From: the human T2T-CHM13v2.0 reference genome, Homo sapiens
Assembly (NCBI RefSeq): GCF_009914755.1
Contig: NC_060925.1
Reading direction: 5' to 3' (one strand)
Length of the DNA: 64,000 nucleotides
A program made the position numbers and the translations under genes. Below the pieces are notes generated by a model. That model saw nothing but the letters and a program-made list of their open reading frames with translations. It was not told where the DNA came from and did no database searches. Positions 29,490 through 51,149 of the stretch are shown one piece after another. The first letter of the stretch is position 1; every line of letters begins with the position of its first letter.

Positions 29490-29824
29490 AGATTTTTCTG
29501 TTGACCTTGAAGAAGGAAGCTGCCATGTTCTGAGAAAGCCTGTGAGAGTGACATATGATAAAGAACTGGGAGCAACCTCTCAGACTTAAGAGTAGCCCTC
29601 GGCTATCAGCCAGCAAGAAAATGGAGCCAACAACCACCTGAGCTGGGAACAGAACCCTAAGCTTCAGAAAGAAATAATTGCCACCTTCATTTCAACCTGG
29701 GGAGACCAAAGAAGAGGACCTAAGTAACTCATGCATGGACTCTTGACCCACAAAAACTGCAATATAACAGATGCATGCTGTTTAAAACCACTAATTTTGT
29801 TATGCAACAATGAAAACAAATGCA
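29490..29824 (+). mobile_element. MLT1 (E/F-like) MaLR LTR fragment
   Basis: gaaggaagctgccatgtt...cagccagcaagaaaatgg...tgacccacaaaaactg...tgttatgcaacaatgaaaacaaatgca. Confidence 0.8.
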
Positions 29825-29893
29825 TTTGTAGTAGAATAAACCTTACCAAAATGCTCAAAGCCATCAAGAAAATATAATGAACAACAATAAATG

Positions 29894-30023
29894 AAACTTA
29901 AATGAATAAGGAGATGTCTTTAAGTAAACTTAAATGTGTTAAATGAACTTAAATGATGTCTTTAAATGTGTTTTAAGTGATCAAAGACATCAAAGATATG
30001 TCTTTGACCATTTAAAAACACAT
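29894..30023. repeat. Patchwork of local direct repeats ending in a 25-bp-stem hairpin
   Basis: aacttaaatg x3, gatgtctttaa x2; arms 29966-29990 and 29998-30023. Confidence 0.85.
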
Positions 30024-31194
30024 AAAATAATAACTTACATTAAATATTTATACTTGTATTTATGAATCTATAATTATTTTTATTATAATTACTATAACAG
30101 TGAAATTTTAATTTTTGTATTTGAATTATTACTACATATGTTGGTTTATAATTGTTATTTGAGTGCAACATAATGTGTTTTATTTTGTGACCATTTATAT
30201 ATAAATGTTACTCTTTCATTGCTTATAAGCTCCATGAGATGATGAGAGGTAAGAAGTCATTTTTGTCCGATGCTTAGTCAATATGTGTAGAAAGAAATAT
30301 GTAAATAAAACTTACAGTGGGAAGTAATGTGGCTCTTTACACACAAGAATACTGTCTTTTTCAAACAATGTCTTTGAAAAAATTCATTATTCTGAATTAC
30401 TAGTCTAGGTTTCTTTTCCATAGTTTGAAAAGGTGCTAACTTTAAAAAATATTGGGGATTGATTTAGCAACTTTTTTTTCCCCATGCAAAGTACCATTAC
30501 CACTGAAAGGCACTAATTAAACTCAACTGAACCCTTGGGAAGCATTAGGCAGACAGAGTTGCCGCCTGCTGTGAGCCTAGTAAGCTCGGTTTAGGGGATA
30601 TTATTAAAAAGGAAAAAGCAAGGCGATAGCTCTAAAGGTGGAATCAGTTGGAGTCACTCCACATACCATCAGTCCCTTCCCATGTATGCCTTTGTATTTT
30701 CACAGAGTTTCCTTTTAGTTTTCAAAAAACCTATGGAGAACAATATTGAATCTAATAATAAAATTTTGATGTATCTCCAAATATGCTAAGACTGACACCT
30801 TACTTCTCAGGTGGCCATTCTTTATTTCTCTGTACCTTATCAACAGGATAACAAAATGGTTGTTTCTTTCTTGGTGGTTGCTGTAGACAAACATTTTAAT
30901 AGAAATCCAGTAATAGAGTATTAGAAGGAATAGAAAGAATGTATTTACAATACAACTATACAACTACTACTAATAGTTAACATCCACTGTATGCTTATAA
31001 GTGCTGCACCAAATGGTTTACATGTTTTCATTCTTTTAACATTTTCTCAGATTAAAATTACCTTTGTCACAATTGTGAACACTACAATAACTCTAAAGTA
31101 CATTTATTGTTCTTTTGTAAGACTCCTTATTTAATCTCCGATAAGCCTAAGGAAATGAGATTTATGAAAGTATGCTTGTAAGAGTAATAATTTT

Positions 31195-31513
<319 letters not shown>

Positions 31514-34329
31514 TCAAGGCCTATACATGACATAATATAAACAAGGTCTTTGCTACTGGTTTAATGCTCTTTCACTTAACACTCATATGAAAAGAAATGG
31601 TTACTAATGTATTACTTGGATCAGATAACTGACAGGAGAAACAAAAATTAAAAATCACTTACTCTGTCACCCAGGCTGGAGTGTAGAAAACATTAAATTT
31701 TAATGTAACATATGAAGCGTGACATAGTCTGGCTTATAGCTCCTGTTCAGCCTCGGTTGAAGCCACACCAGCCTTTACAATTCAGCCATATTGCACACAT
31801 ATGTCTCTGTGTCTGTCAAACTCTTTGTTTCTGAGCCTTTTCAGATTGTGCCTCTTATCTAGAATGCTCCCCAAGTTAAACCCACATATTGGGGCCTTTT
31901 TTTCCCCTAAGGTGGTGGATTAGAGGCATTGCTAGCATACCTCTCTCACTTGAAAGGGCAAAATATTGTGTAGAGATTCACATTCTGAACTTTTTTTCAA
32001 GAAAGGACACAGGAACTGAACAGTAAAACCAAAGGAATCTACAGACCCTTTAAAGGAAGGAAGTGGTTGTAGCCTACACTGTAAGTCACTTGAAGGGCTG
32101 CAAGTCCCAAGAGTGTAAGAAAAAAAAGAGTTTGCCTCGGGATACATACTCCGATCAAGGACCCTGAAAGTCCAGAACATGGGAGAACTCCCTAACCCCA
32201 CCCAGTTCAGGAACCGACTTGCAGAGGGTGGCGTAATATAAAAGTAGGAGCAACAGTGGGAAGAATCTTGCATGCACTCTGAAATCCCAAATGACCAAGG
32301 GTAGCCATTCCTTGCTGTTTCTGTCATGGAGACCCTGCAGAGGACAGCAAAAAAAGTTCAGTAGTTGTCATAGGTAGAAAGAATCTCACAATGGAGTTCA
32401 TTATATAACCTTGGGTAGGGAAGAACTCACTTGGCCAGGCCAGGGTTGGGGAGAGTAAAAAGTGGGCCATAAGTGCAGAAGGCATGAGTGCAGGAACTGT
32501 GGGTTCAGGCACCTTGAGTACAAGAGCAGGTGGCCAAGCTTTGCAGCAGACAGGGAGCGGCATGACGTGAAAGTTGTGTTCCTTATCTTGCAGGGAAAGC
32601 TTATGATTCCCAGCAGTAGTAGCAAGTTCTGATTATAGGCTGAATGGAAGTCGGCTTGCTGCTGACAGTGGAAAACTGTAGGAGCGGATCTGCTTCCCCA
32701 AGTGCATTACAACTGTGGGACTTACCACAGCCTGCTACTCCTCACTCCCTGCACAAACTCTTCTGTGCAGCAGAGGCAGCAACGCTCCTCTCTGGAACAT
32801 CAACTCAGTGGTCTGAGACAAACTCCCATCCCCCAACACCCAGAGGTGCTGCTGCTTGCCCTGCACAAAGAGACTCAGAGTGCAAATCCACCCTATACAG
32901 TCCCCTCCTGGCTTTTCCCCACCACCCACCCTGATAGCTTAACACAAAGGACAGAATCTCTTGGGAGCTACACCCACCCCCGCAATCCAATTGCCTGAGA
33001 AACCACAGTACCCAGTCTGAGTAACGTAAGGCAAGCAAAAATCCCACTGCTACTACCACAGCTGGTGCTCTTTTGCAAGCATCATCTCATGGATGGAGGA
33101 CAACCAAAACAGTTCATTATAATATCTCCTGGTAAAATAACACTGTGCCCAAGGAAGAGAAAACAGGTGCACAGTCTCAGCTATCACCACCACCTGCACC
33201 ACTCTGGCTAACTGGAAGGTCCTGAGTCTGTCATATGATCAGTTTATTACTACTATAATCAGCATTCAAGAAAGGAACACACTAAGGCTATCAATAACCG
33301 AAGAATTTCACAGAGGCTGTGTCACTCTCCTGCCACTCCATTAGAGCTGGTGCTGCTACCCATTGCTGGGAAACTTGAGAACAGATCACATCACCGGATT
33401 CCTTGCAGACATTCACCAATGGCAGCCTGGATGTGGCAACCTCACTGGGCAGCTAGACCCAGATGAGCAACAACACTAACAGTAGTCTGGCTCCCAGAGA
33501 CTCCTACTCTTAGGTGGAGTGCACCCTATCAAAAGAACACCCCATGGGACAAAAGAATTTAGATGGCAGGCCTTGAGCACCAGGTTTATCTACTGGTAGA
33601 AAGCTTCTTTCAGCAGAGGCAAAATTGAAGTGCTGGGCTCAGCAGGGAAACTCTTCAGCTCTGTTTCAACAGTCAGACAGCCCTTGTGTGCATAAAGGGT
33701 CTTGAAGAAGCGGAAGACTTTTCCACCTTGTCCACCACTGTAGGCACAGTTGGGGCTTCTCCCATAGGAACTTGGCACAGGTGCAATTATAGACAGCCTT
33801 TCTGGAATACATCAGTGTGACTGCATCCCCACATGAGGAGTGCCCTCAAGGTTCAGGCTTGCATGAGAAACAGAGTCACAATTCCTCTCTATTTGGAATA
33901 CCAACATTACTTCAGATGAAAAGAGGTGCCTTTCTAATCTAAACAGCAGGAGCCCTGACACAGGAACATGTCTAAGAGGTGGATAACTTTCCTGCTGCCC
34001 TGGCAGGGGTTGCTGAGGTGGCTCCAACTCTTCCCCCTAATAAGACTTCAGTGCAACTCACTGACAGCTCCTCCAGCCATCTCTGTCAAGGCTGGGACTT
34101 CATTTACCCACCTGCTATAGCCACACCCAGTTCCTACTCAGAGATACCTCCCCTACTGGCCTGAAGCCAGAATCATCAAATTGGGGAAAATAAATAAATA
34201 AAAGTGGGCAAACCACAGAAGAATGAGATTAAGCTTTAAGCGATCTCAATCATTTCAATCTGATGGGGATAGTTAACTTTTTCACACATTGAGCGCATTG
34301 CTACTACAACCAGTATATGAGAAAGCCAC

Positions 34330-34727
34330 TGTATTAGTGTATTCTCACCCTGCTATAAAGAAATATCTGAGACTGAGTAATTTATAAAGATATGAGTTTT
34401 AATTAGCTCATGGTTCTGCAGGCAGTGCAGGCTTTTGCTTCTGGGGAGGCCTCAGAAAACTTAGGATCATGGCAGAAGGTGAAGGGGAAGCAAGCACATT
34501 TTCACATGGCCAGCAAGAGAGAGAGACAGTGAATGGGGAGGTCCTACACACTTTCAAACAACCAGATCTTGTAAGAACTCTACCACAAGAAAGCATTAGA
34601 GGGATGGTGCTAAACCATTAGAAACCACCCCTGTGATCCAATCACTTCCCATCAGTCGCCACCTCCAACAATGGGAATTATAATTCTATATGAGATTTTT
34701 GTGAGGACTCAGAGCCAAACCATATCA
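34330..34727 (-). mobile_element. MSTA MaLR solo LTR inside the L1PB2 5'UTR
   Basis: tgtattagt...gagccaaaccatatca termini. Confidence 0.88.
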
Positions 34728-35540
34728 GCCTTCATACAAAGATTCTCTAAAACGAAGAAACTCTTGAAGAGTCTTTGCCCCTGAAAACACCAAGAACAAA
34801 TTTAACCTATAACTAACTGTAAGCATGAAAGTCTCATCCTTAAGGGAAAATAGAAATTTAAAAATAAACAAAAGAAACACACAGTCAAATCAAACATAAA
34901 TTAAAGAATAATTAGAAGAAACACTCTACCTAAATGAGAAGGAAACAGAAAAATAACTCTGGTAATGTGACAAAACAATGTGCTTCAACACCCCAAAATA
35001 TCACACTAGTTCTCCAGCAATGGACCCAAACCGAAATGAAACCTTTGAAATATCAGATAAGGAATTCAGAAAGTCAATTATTAAGCTACTTAAGAAAATA
35101 TCAGAGAAAGACAAAAACCATTATAAGTCAATTTAAAAATCAGATCATGATATGAATGACAAATATTCTAGAGAGATAACTATCATCCAGAAAAACTGAT
35201 CAGAATTTCTAGAGATAAAAGACACACTGAGGAAATTACAAAATGAAGTGTAAAATTTTAACAAAAGGCTAAAACAAGTAGAAGCTTGAAGGCAGCCTTT
35301 TGAATTAACACAATCAGACAACAATAAAGAAGAAATAATAAAAATAAATGAACAAAGTCTCCAAAAAATTTGGAACTATGTAAAATGGCCAAACCTAAGA
35401 ATAACAGGTGTTCCTAAGGGAGTAGAAAGTCTCAACATTTGGAAAACCAATTTGAGGGAATACTTGACAAAAACTTCCCTGGTCTGGCTAGAGATCTAAA
35501 TATCCAAATAAAGAAGCTCAATGAACTCCTGGGAAATTTA

Positions 35541-35887
<347 letters not shown>

Positions 35888-36209
35888 AAGGTCTTCACCA
35901 AGGCATACAGTCATCAGGCTATCTGAAGTCAACATGAAGGCAAAAATTCTAAAAGCAGTAAAACAAAAGCATCAGATAACCTACAAGGAAAACCTGTCAG
36001 ACTAACAGCAGATTTATTAGCAAAAATCATACAAGATACAGAAATAATTGGGGTCTTATTTTCAACCTCTTTAAACAGAACAACTCTTAGCCAAACATTT
36101 TGTATTCTGCAAAACTAAGTTTTATAAATGAAGAAATAAAGTCATTTTCAGACAAACACATGTTGAGGGAATTTGTCACAGTCAAAGCAGCACATTATAA
36201 GAAATGCTA

Positions 36210-36480
36210 GGCCGGGCACAGTGGCTCACACCTGTAATCTCAGCACTTTGGGAGGCCAAGGTGGGTGGATAACTTGAGGTCAGGAACTTGAGACCAGCCT
36301 GGCCAACACTGTGAAAACCCATCTCTACTAAAAATTCAAAAATTAGCCAGGCATGGTGGCATGCAACTGTAATCTTAGCTACTCGGGAGGCTGAGGCAAG
36401 AGACTCGCTTGAACCCGGGAGGCAGAGATTGTGGTGAGTCAAGATAGCACCACTGAATTCCAGCCTGGGTGACAGAGTGA

Positions 36481-36520
<40 letters not shown>

Positions 36521-36523
36521 ATA
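36210..36523 (+). mobile_element. AluSx-like with (TAAA)n tail
   Basis: TSD agaaatgcta at 36200 and 36529; terminal gactccgtctc replaced by the microsatellite. Confidence 0.93.
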
Positions 36524-39500
36524 GAAGCAGAAATGCTAAAAGGAGTTCTAAAACTTGAAACAAAAGTCTAATATGCACCAAAACAAAACCTTTTAAATGC
36601 ATAAAACTCACAGGCCTATAAAACAATAACATAATAAGAAAAAAAAACTAGGTAACAATCATCAAATAAACAGAACAGTGCCTCATATCTCAATGATTGC
36701 ATTGAAAGCAAATGGCCTAAACATTTCACTTAAAAGATACAAAATTTTGGAATGGATAAAAAGTCAAAATCCAAATATCTCCTGCTTTCAAGAGACTCAC
36801 CAAACACAGAAGGATTAATAGAAACTCCAGGTAAAGTTGTGAAAAGGGGCATTTCATGCAAATAGAAATAAAAGCAAGGAGGAATAGCTACTCTTATGTT
36901 AGACAAAACAGACTTCAAAGCGACAACAGTAAAAAAGACAAAGATGATCACTATATAATGATAAAAAAAACAATTCAACACGAAGATTTTACAATCTTAA
37001 AGGTACGTGTACCTAAATTTGGAGCTGTTACATTCATAAAACAATTACTATTGGACATAATTAATGAGATAGCCAGCAAAACAATAATAGTGGGAGACTT
37101 CAATACACCATCGACAGCACTAGACAGACCTTTGAGAGAGAAAGTCAACAGAAAAACAAAGGACTTAAATGACGAGCTAGAACAAGTGGACTTAATGAAT
37201 ATTTACAGAACATTCTACCCAGGATCTTAAGAATATACAATCTTCTCATCAGTACACGAAACATTCTCCAAGATAGACCATATAATAGGCTACAAAACAA
37301 GTCTCAACACATTTTTAAAAATATGAAATCATATCAAGTATCTTCCCAGACAACAGGAATAAAACTACGTATCAACTCCAAAAGCCACCCCTAAAACTAT
37401 AAAAATACATAGAAATTAAATAATCTGCTCCTTATTGATATCTGGGTTAACAATGAAATCAAGATGGATATTGAAAAATTCTTCTAATTAAATAAAAAAT
37501 AGTGAGACAAGTTATAAAACCTCTAGAATACAGCAAAAACAGTGTTAAGAGGATAGTTTATAGTGCTCAATGTCTGCGTCCAAAAATCTGAAGAAATACA
37601 AATTGACAACTCAATGTCACACTTCAAGGAATTGGAAAAACTAGAACAAACTAAACCTAAAGGTGGAGGAAATACTAAAGATTAGAGCAGAAGTAAATGA
37701 AATTCAAACAAAAAATAAAAAATCAATGAAACAAAAAGCCGGTTCTTTAAAAAAATAAACAAAATTGATACACCATTAGCTAGATTAATCAAGAAGAGAG
37801 AAGACCCAAATAAGCTCAATTTGAAATAGAACTGAAGATATTACAATGGACAAGAAAATCATTTGAGACTTCTATGAACATCTTTACGTGCACAAACTAG
37901 AAAACCTAGAGGAAATGGACAAATTCCTGGAAATATACAATTCTTTCAGATTACATCAGAAAGAAATAGAAACCTTGAACAGACTAATAACAAGCAGAGG
38001 AATTGAATTAATAATTTAAAAATTGCCAACAAAAAAAGTACAGGAACATGTGGATTCACAGCCGAATTCTAGCAGACATCAAGGAAGGAATTGATACCAA
38101 TCCTACCGAAACTACTCCAAAAAATTGAGAAAGAGAGAATCCTCTCTAAATCATTCTATGAAGCCAGCATTACCCTGATACAAAACCAGAAACGGACACA
38201 ACAACAAAATAAAACTACAGACAGTTTTCCTGATGAATTTAGATGTAAAAATCCTCAACTAAATATTAGCTAACTGAATCCAACAGCACATAGAAAAGAT
38301 AATTCATCATAATCAACTTGGTTTCATCTCAAGGATGCGAGGATGGTTTCATGTATGTAAGTTAATAAATGTGATGCGTCACATAAACAGAATTAAAAAC
38401 AAAAACTATGGAATCATTTTAATAGATGCAGAAAAGCATTTGACAAAATCCAGAACTGCTTAAAATAAAAAACTTTCAACAAACTAGGCATAGAAGAATT
38501 AAAGCTATATATGACACACCCACAGCTAACATCTTAGTGAATGTGAAAAAAATTGAAAGCATTCCCCCTGAAAACAGAAATAAGAAAAGGATGCCCACTT
38601 TCATTACTTCTGTTCAGCATAGTTCTAGAAGTACTTGCTAGAGCAATAAGACCAGAGAAAGAAAAAAAAAGTAGAGCATTCAAATTGGAAAAGAGGAAGT
38701 GAAATTATTGGTGTTTGCAGACATGATTGTATACCTAGAAAACCCTAAAGACTCCTTCAACAGACTCTTATATTTGATAAACAAATTCAGTAAAATCTCA
38801 GGTTTCAAAATCAATGTATACAAAAGAGTAGCACTGCTATACACCACCAACAACCAAGCTGAGAATTAAATAAAAAACTCAGTCTCATTTACAAGAGCTT
38901 TAAATAAATATAAAAAATAATATACCTGGTAATATAGCTAATCAAGGATGTAAAAAAATCTCTACAAGGAGAATTACAAAACACAGCTGAAAGAAATCAT
39001 AGGTGACACAAACAAATGGAAATACACTCCATGCTCACAGATTGGAAGAATCAATATTTTGAAAGTGACCATGCTGCCCAAAGCAATCTATAGATTCAAC
39101 GTAATTTCCATCAAAATACCAACATCATTTTTCAGAGAATTAGAAAAACAGTCCTAAAATTCACATGGAACCACAAAAGAATCCAAATAACCAAAGCAAT
39201 CCTAAGCAAAATGTACAAATCTGGATACATTAGATTACCAGACTTCAAATTATATTACAACAATGGTTACCAAAACAACATGATAGTGATATAAAACTAG
39301 GCACATAGACCAATGGAACAGAATGGAGAACACAGAAATTAGGGCAAATAAGTACAACCAACTGATCTTTGGCAAAGCTTACAAGAGCATATATTGAGAA
39401 GTGGGAACTCTACTTAATAAATAATGCTGGGAAACTGGCAAACCACATGTCAAAGAGTGAAACTGGATCCCTATCTCTTATCACATACAAAAATCAATGC

Positions 39501-41642
39501 AAGATGGAGCAAAGTGAAATCTAATATGTGAAACCACAAACATTCTAGATGACAACATTGAAAAAACTCTTCTAGAAATTGGCCTAGTCAAATAATTCAT
39601 AACTAAGATGCCCAAAGTAAATGCAACAAAAACAAAAATAAATAAATGAGACTAGTAATTAAACTAAAAAGTTTCTGCACAGCAAAAGAAATAGTCAACC
39701 GAGTAAACAGACAAGCCACAGAATGGGAGAAAGTATTTGCAAACTACACATCCGACAAGGGACTAGTATTGAGAATCTATAAAAAAACTCAAATCACCAA
39801 GAAAAAACAAATAATTCCAATAAAAAGTGCAAAAATACTGGAAAAGGTATTTCTCAAAAAAAGGTAAATGGTCAACAAACATATGAAAAACTGTTCAACT
39901 TCACTAATCATCAGGGAAATGCAAACTAAAATCACACCTCACTCCTGCAAGAATAACCGTTATTAAAAAGTCAAAAAACATTAGATATGGCCATGGACAT
40001 GGAGAAAAGGCAACACTTATACACTTGTGGTGGGAATGTAAATTAGTACAACCTCTGTGGAAAAGAGAGTGGAGATTCCTTAAAGAATTAAAAGTAGAAC
40101 TACCATTCAATCCAGCAATCCCACTACTGGGTATCACCCTAAGAAAAAGAAGTCATATGAAAAAGACACCTGCACACATATGTTTACAGAAGCACAATTC
40201 ACAAGTGAACAGACATGGAACAAACCTAAGTGCCCATTGGCTATTACGTGGATAAAGAAAATGTGGCATATATACACCATGAAATAATACTCAACCATTA
40301 AAAGGAACAAAATAATGTTTTTTGCAGCATGATTGGATGGAGCTGGAGGTCATTATTCCAAGTGAAGTAACACAGGCGTAGAAATCCAAAAACTGTATGT
40401 TCTCATTTATAAGTGGAAGCTAAGTTATGAGTACACAGCAGCATGAAGAGTAATATAATGGACTTTATAGATTCATAAAGGGGGCAGTGAGAAGGGGGGC
40501 AGGGATAAAAAGCTACACATTAGGTACAATGCACTCTACTCAGGTGATAGATGCACTAAAATCTCAGAATTCACCGCTATATAATTGATCCATGTAACAG
40601 AAAACTACTTGTACCCTGAAGAAATTAAAGTAAAATAAATAAATTTAAAAAATGAAATAAGAAAACAAATTGTGGATTGAAGAAGGAGGTTAGGTTGTCA
40701 GGTTATAATATTTGGAACTTTGAGAGTTTTAAGAAGCTATAATCAGAGAATTGGAGATATACATTAAGATGTAATTGATATAACTGAGCAGCCTTATAGG
40801 CATAATTAATACTTTGAATATTAGGAAGAGTAAGAATTAGGTGAATATTAATAGGCAAATATGTTGAGATATTATGCCAAAAATATATATCTAAACACAT
40901 CGTTATGTGTGCAGAGTAGAAAATACATTGTAAATATTAAAGGAAAAATAAATAAATATAATGTTACAGTTTTAAAAAACCGCAGTAACCAAAGGAAGCC
41001 AGATTAATCCTTTATATAAGGCAGTATCTGTGTAATTAAGTATTTATATATCTTAAGAGATTTAAAAGAAATAGCAGAGGTAATAGTGTTTACATTTGCT
41101 GGGGCAATTCAATAGAAATAAATAATAAGCATTACCACTTTTATCTGCCATTCACAATGTAAATGCTTTACTTTCAAACATCACAATAATGTTTTACCTT
41201 AGATACATATCTTTTTCATAATATATGTTTTATTAAATTGAAATTTTAAAATGTGAATGGTTTGCTGAAGCTCAAAAAACTCTACGTGGCAGAAATATGT
41301 TTGAGTCTTTATAATCTAATTTTAAAAAGTAGCCATGATATAGAGTAAGAAAAGTGAATCAAGAGTAAAACTTCACATTGTTGAATGGGAAATTGAGTAT
41401 AACACACAAAAATTTGGGGGGTTGTTCTAGATAAAATAATTTATAAGACCCTCTTCAATTATCTAATTAGTGCTGATAGAATGTTTTTGTTTCACATAAC
41501 GTTTGATTTTTTAAAAATTTCTTGGCAGGGCACGGTGGCTCACACCTGTAATCCCAGCACTTTGGGAGGCCGAGGTGGGCGGATCACGAGGTCAGGAGAT
41601 CAAAACCATCCTGGCTAACAAGGTGAAACCCCGTCTCTACTA

Positions 41643-44391
<2,749 letters not shown>

Positions 44392-44467
44392 TTATTTAAG
44401 TATTGGCTTATTTTTTTTTAATTGAAAAAGTTCAAAGTTCTAATACATAAATTTTCAACCATTCTTT

Positions 44468-44669
44468 TAAGGATTAGCAAATGATTTGTTCAAGGGCTAG
44501 ACAGTCAATCTTTGAAGAATGTGGGTGATACATTTTCTGCTGCAATTATTTAATTTTTCTATTGTGGCTTCAGTGCAGTCATTGATAATCTATACATGTC
44601 TGTGTTCCTATAAAACTTTATTTACAAAAGCAGGTGGTCAGTTAAATGAGCTATGATTTGCTAATTCAG
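44468..44669 (+). mobile_element. MER58A (hAT-Charlie) relic
   Basis: caagggctagacagtcaat...ctgtgttcctataaaactttatttacaaaagcaggtgg. Confidence 0.75.
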
Positions 44670-46049
44670 AATAACACACATTGAATATAAATAGATAACA
44701 GTTCTACCTGAATAAGACAATTTTGTAATGTGAAATAATTTAATTTACTATACATAAAATAAAATATGCTTTAAGACAATGTATGTGACAAGTATTAGTA
44801 AAATATACCATTTAGATTAAACCACATTTAATCACAGTACTTCTTATTAAGAATAAAGAAAAATTGTTGGTGTTGCTAATAAGATAAATTATCCAAAATT
44901 TACAATGAATGCCAAGAATACAGCATGTTCTGCTCTCACGCTGTGTGTTGCTTAATTTTCCATCTAAGCTTTATCTAATTATCTATTTAATTATCTAGGA
45001 GAGTGAATTTTTGTTTTATTTTGCTGTTTGCTGTTAAGTGAAGACTCATTCTGTGAGTTTGCAGAGTATCTGGTACTTCTTCCTGTAGCAGCATGTTTTG
45101 TCAGCTAAAAAAAATAAATTCATAGGTTATGATTGAATTTGCTGGTAGGATATCATTTAGTTTTGTCTCCAACTTGGAATACTTTTTCTGATTAAATATA
45201 TAACCCCAGATGCATCTAATTTTCCTTTGATTTAGGTTTACTAGCTTACTAGTTCTCTCATTAATGAAGTATTGTAATAAATGATTTCAAAGTGCTCATT
45301 TTGTATTTGTATGAAGAGACACTTTAGGCATTTTTTAACATTTAAAACATTCCACTTTAACAATATTTGACATTTTTAATGTTTTAATATGTTTTTGAAT
45401 AAAATACCTGTAATATTTTGTCTTGTGAACCCTCAGATCTATGGTTCTTAACCTTTCTTGGTCAGAAAACCTTGAATCAGTGGATGGAGAATAAGAGCTC
45501 TATTTGTAGAAAATATGGTTGCTCACAATTAGACTAAGTTTCCTTTCCTCCTCCCTGAATCTAGTTTTTAAAATATTGATTTGATTTAAAGAATGTTGAG
45601 ATGGGCTTTATTGCCTATGTAGAAAACAGATGTGGAGTTTATTTAATTTCCTAAAATGCACTCTTTTAGCTTTATATTTGCAGTATTCATCATACCTTTT
45701 GAGATAGGTACACTTTACAAATTTATCACATTTATATGCTTCCTACTTCAAATTCATATTCTGTTTAATTTACTTACATAAGAGAGAAATAACTGCTATA
45801 GTGTTTAATCTTCCTGAAATACATGTAATTTAACAATAAGGAAAAGCTGATATCAAATTAAGACATATTTGTAGAATTTTAGGCATTAAATGTAGCCAAA
45901 AATAAATGGGGCAGACACATTTATTTCAAAGGTGTCTCATCTTCTGTCTATACATCCAACCTCAGGTGACCAATGAAGAGTAGTGTCTGTTAAATATGTT
46001 TCAGACATTTACAGTGGGATGAACTGGAGTCTTTTCAGGTTCATGAATT

Positions 46050-49602
<3,553 letters not shown>

Positions 49603-51149
49603 TGGTTCATGCATTATTTTACTACCCAATATTAACTCGGGATTTTCATCAGTTTTCTTGGAGTATGCATATGTGACAGAGATTTAAGCTCTCTGATTGT
49701 TTTAATCACTTCCACTTTAAATTCAGTTGGCACTTATTTTTTTCCTCTTAATCTCTAAGTTATTATTTAGCCAGCATTTTACATTTGCCTAACTTTTCTC
49801 TCCAATTAAGCGTTAATTATATACCTTGTTGGAATTATGTTTCTTCTTTTGTTTACAACACAATAATCTTGTGGAATTTATATGACTATATAAGGTACAC
49901 ATAGAAAAGCTAATGAAATACAACACTGGAGATAATAATTTCAGGTGATTGTTTTGGTGTGGTTAGTGAAGAAAACAATATTATAGGAGAAAAATGTAAT
50001 TTTAGTTTATTCAAAATAATAGATTCCCAAATGTGATTTTAAAAAAAATCAAAATAATACTTTTCATCAAAACAGATTTGAGACTCTTAATTGTATAGCA
50101 CAGACATATTCCTAAATATTTTTTTACTTTCTTGGGAATAAATCACAAACTGTCATATATTAGAAAAGGCAACGGATCATAAAAGTTTTCTTCTTACCTA
50201 AATTTCTCATCGTCAGAATTGTTCAGCAGATGGCACTATGTGAATAACTCATTTAAATTAATTTCTTGCTACTTACTCTATTTTAAATTATTTTAAGTGT
50301 GCTCCTGGGGAGCAGGTTTTGCTAAACATAAGGCACACTCATTCTGTATTTAATGCAGAGCATAATTCTTTAGTTGGCACAAAATGGATTCCTGTCTTTG
50401 AATCCCATTCCAGAAATTAAATATTCCCCTTATTATTAATGACCAGGGTATAAAATTTTACCTTGATTTCAATAGAAGCTTTCCTGTCTTCATTTCTGTC
50501 TGAAATTAAAAATTGCCTTAGGTGAGTGTCTCTTGTTTTTTGAAGTCTTTTTGAATTCTGGAGTTCTGCTCCAGAATCCACAATTCACTAGCTAAGCTTG
50601 CATTCTTTTGCCATATACACCTACACCAACGATCATGCTTTAATCCTTATTTTTTTGTTTTTTATTGTTTTTTGATGTTACAAAGGATATCTGGAAAGAA
50701 GTTTTAGATGGTGTCTGTTTGATAAGCTTTCAGTGTCTTCTGTTATGCTTTCATGTTCTCACCTTATTTGTCTGTTGGCACATCTGTGTACATGTAGAAT
50801 ACACCTGTTATGCTTCTACCACCTGTCAGGACTTTCTCTTATGTCCCCCAAGTGTGCCTCTCTTTAAATATTGTTCCTGGTCTCCACAAGATACAGGAAA
50901 TCTCTTAACCCATTCAACAGCTAAAAATACCTTGCAATGACAATCAAGGAAAACACTGTTCTAATACTTACATAATTGGTGTTGATTTTTAAAATGAGTT
51001 CTGGAAAGTAAAATCTATCCTTGAATTCTAACCTAAGAGAGAATTTTAACGATAGTAATTTTGGCTTAGTGTATTAGGAAATGAGGGTTTATGTTTTACA
51101 TTTTTATGTTTTAGCAGATTTAATAAGCACAATGGGCAATGCTGTCTAA

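Noticed and set aside
41600-41630. AluYb8 call from ctggctaacaaggtg
   Set aside because: Other Yb8 diagnostics, including the 7-bp duplication in the right arm, are absent; treated as AluY
45337-45394. ~15-bp inverted repeat aacatttaaaacatt / aatgttttaatatgtt
   Set aside because: Short, imperfect and very AT-rich; compatible with chance
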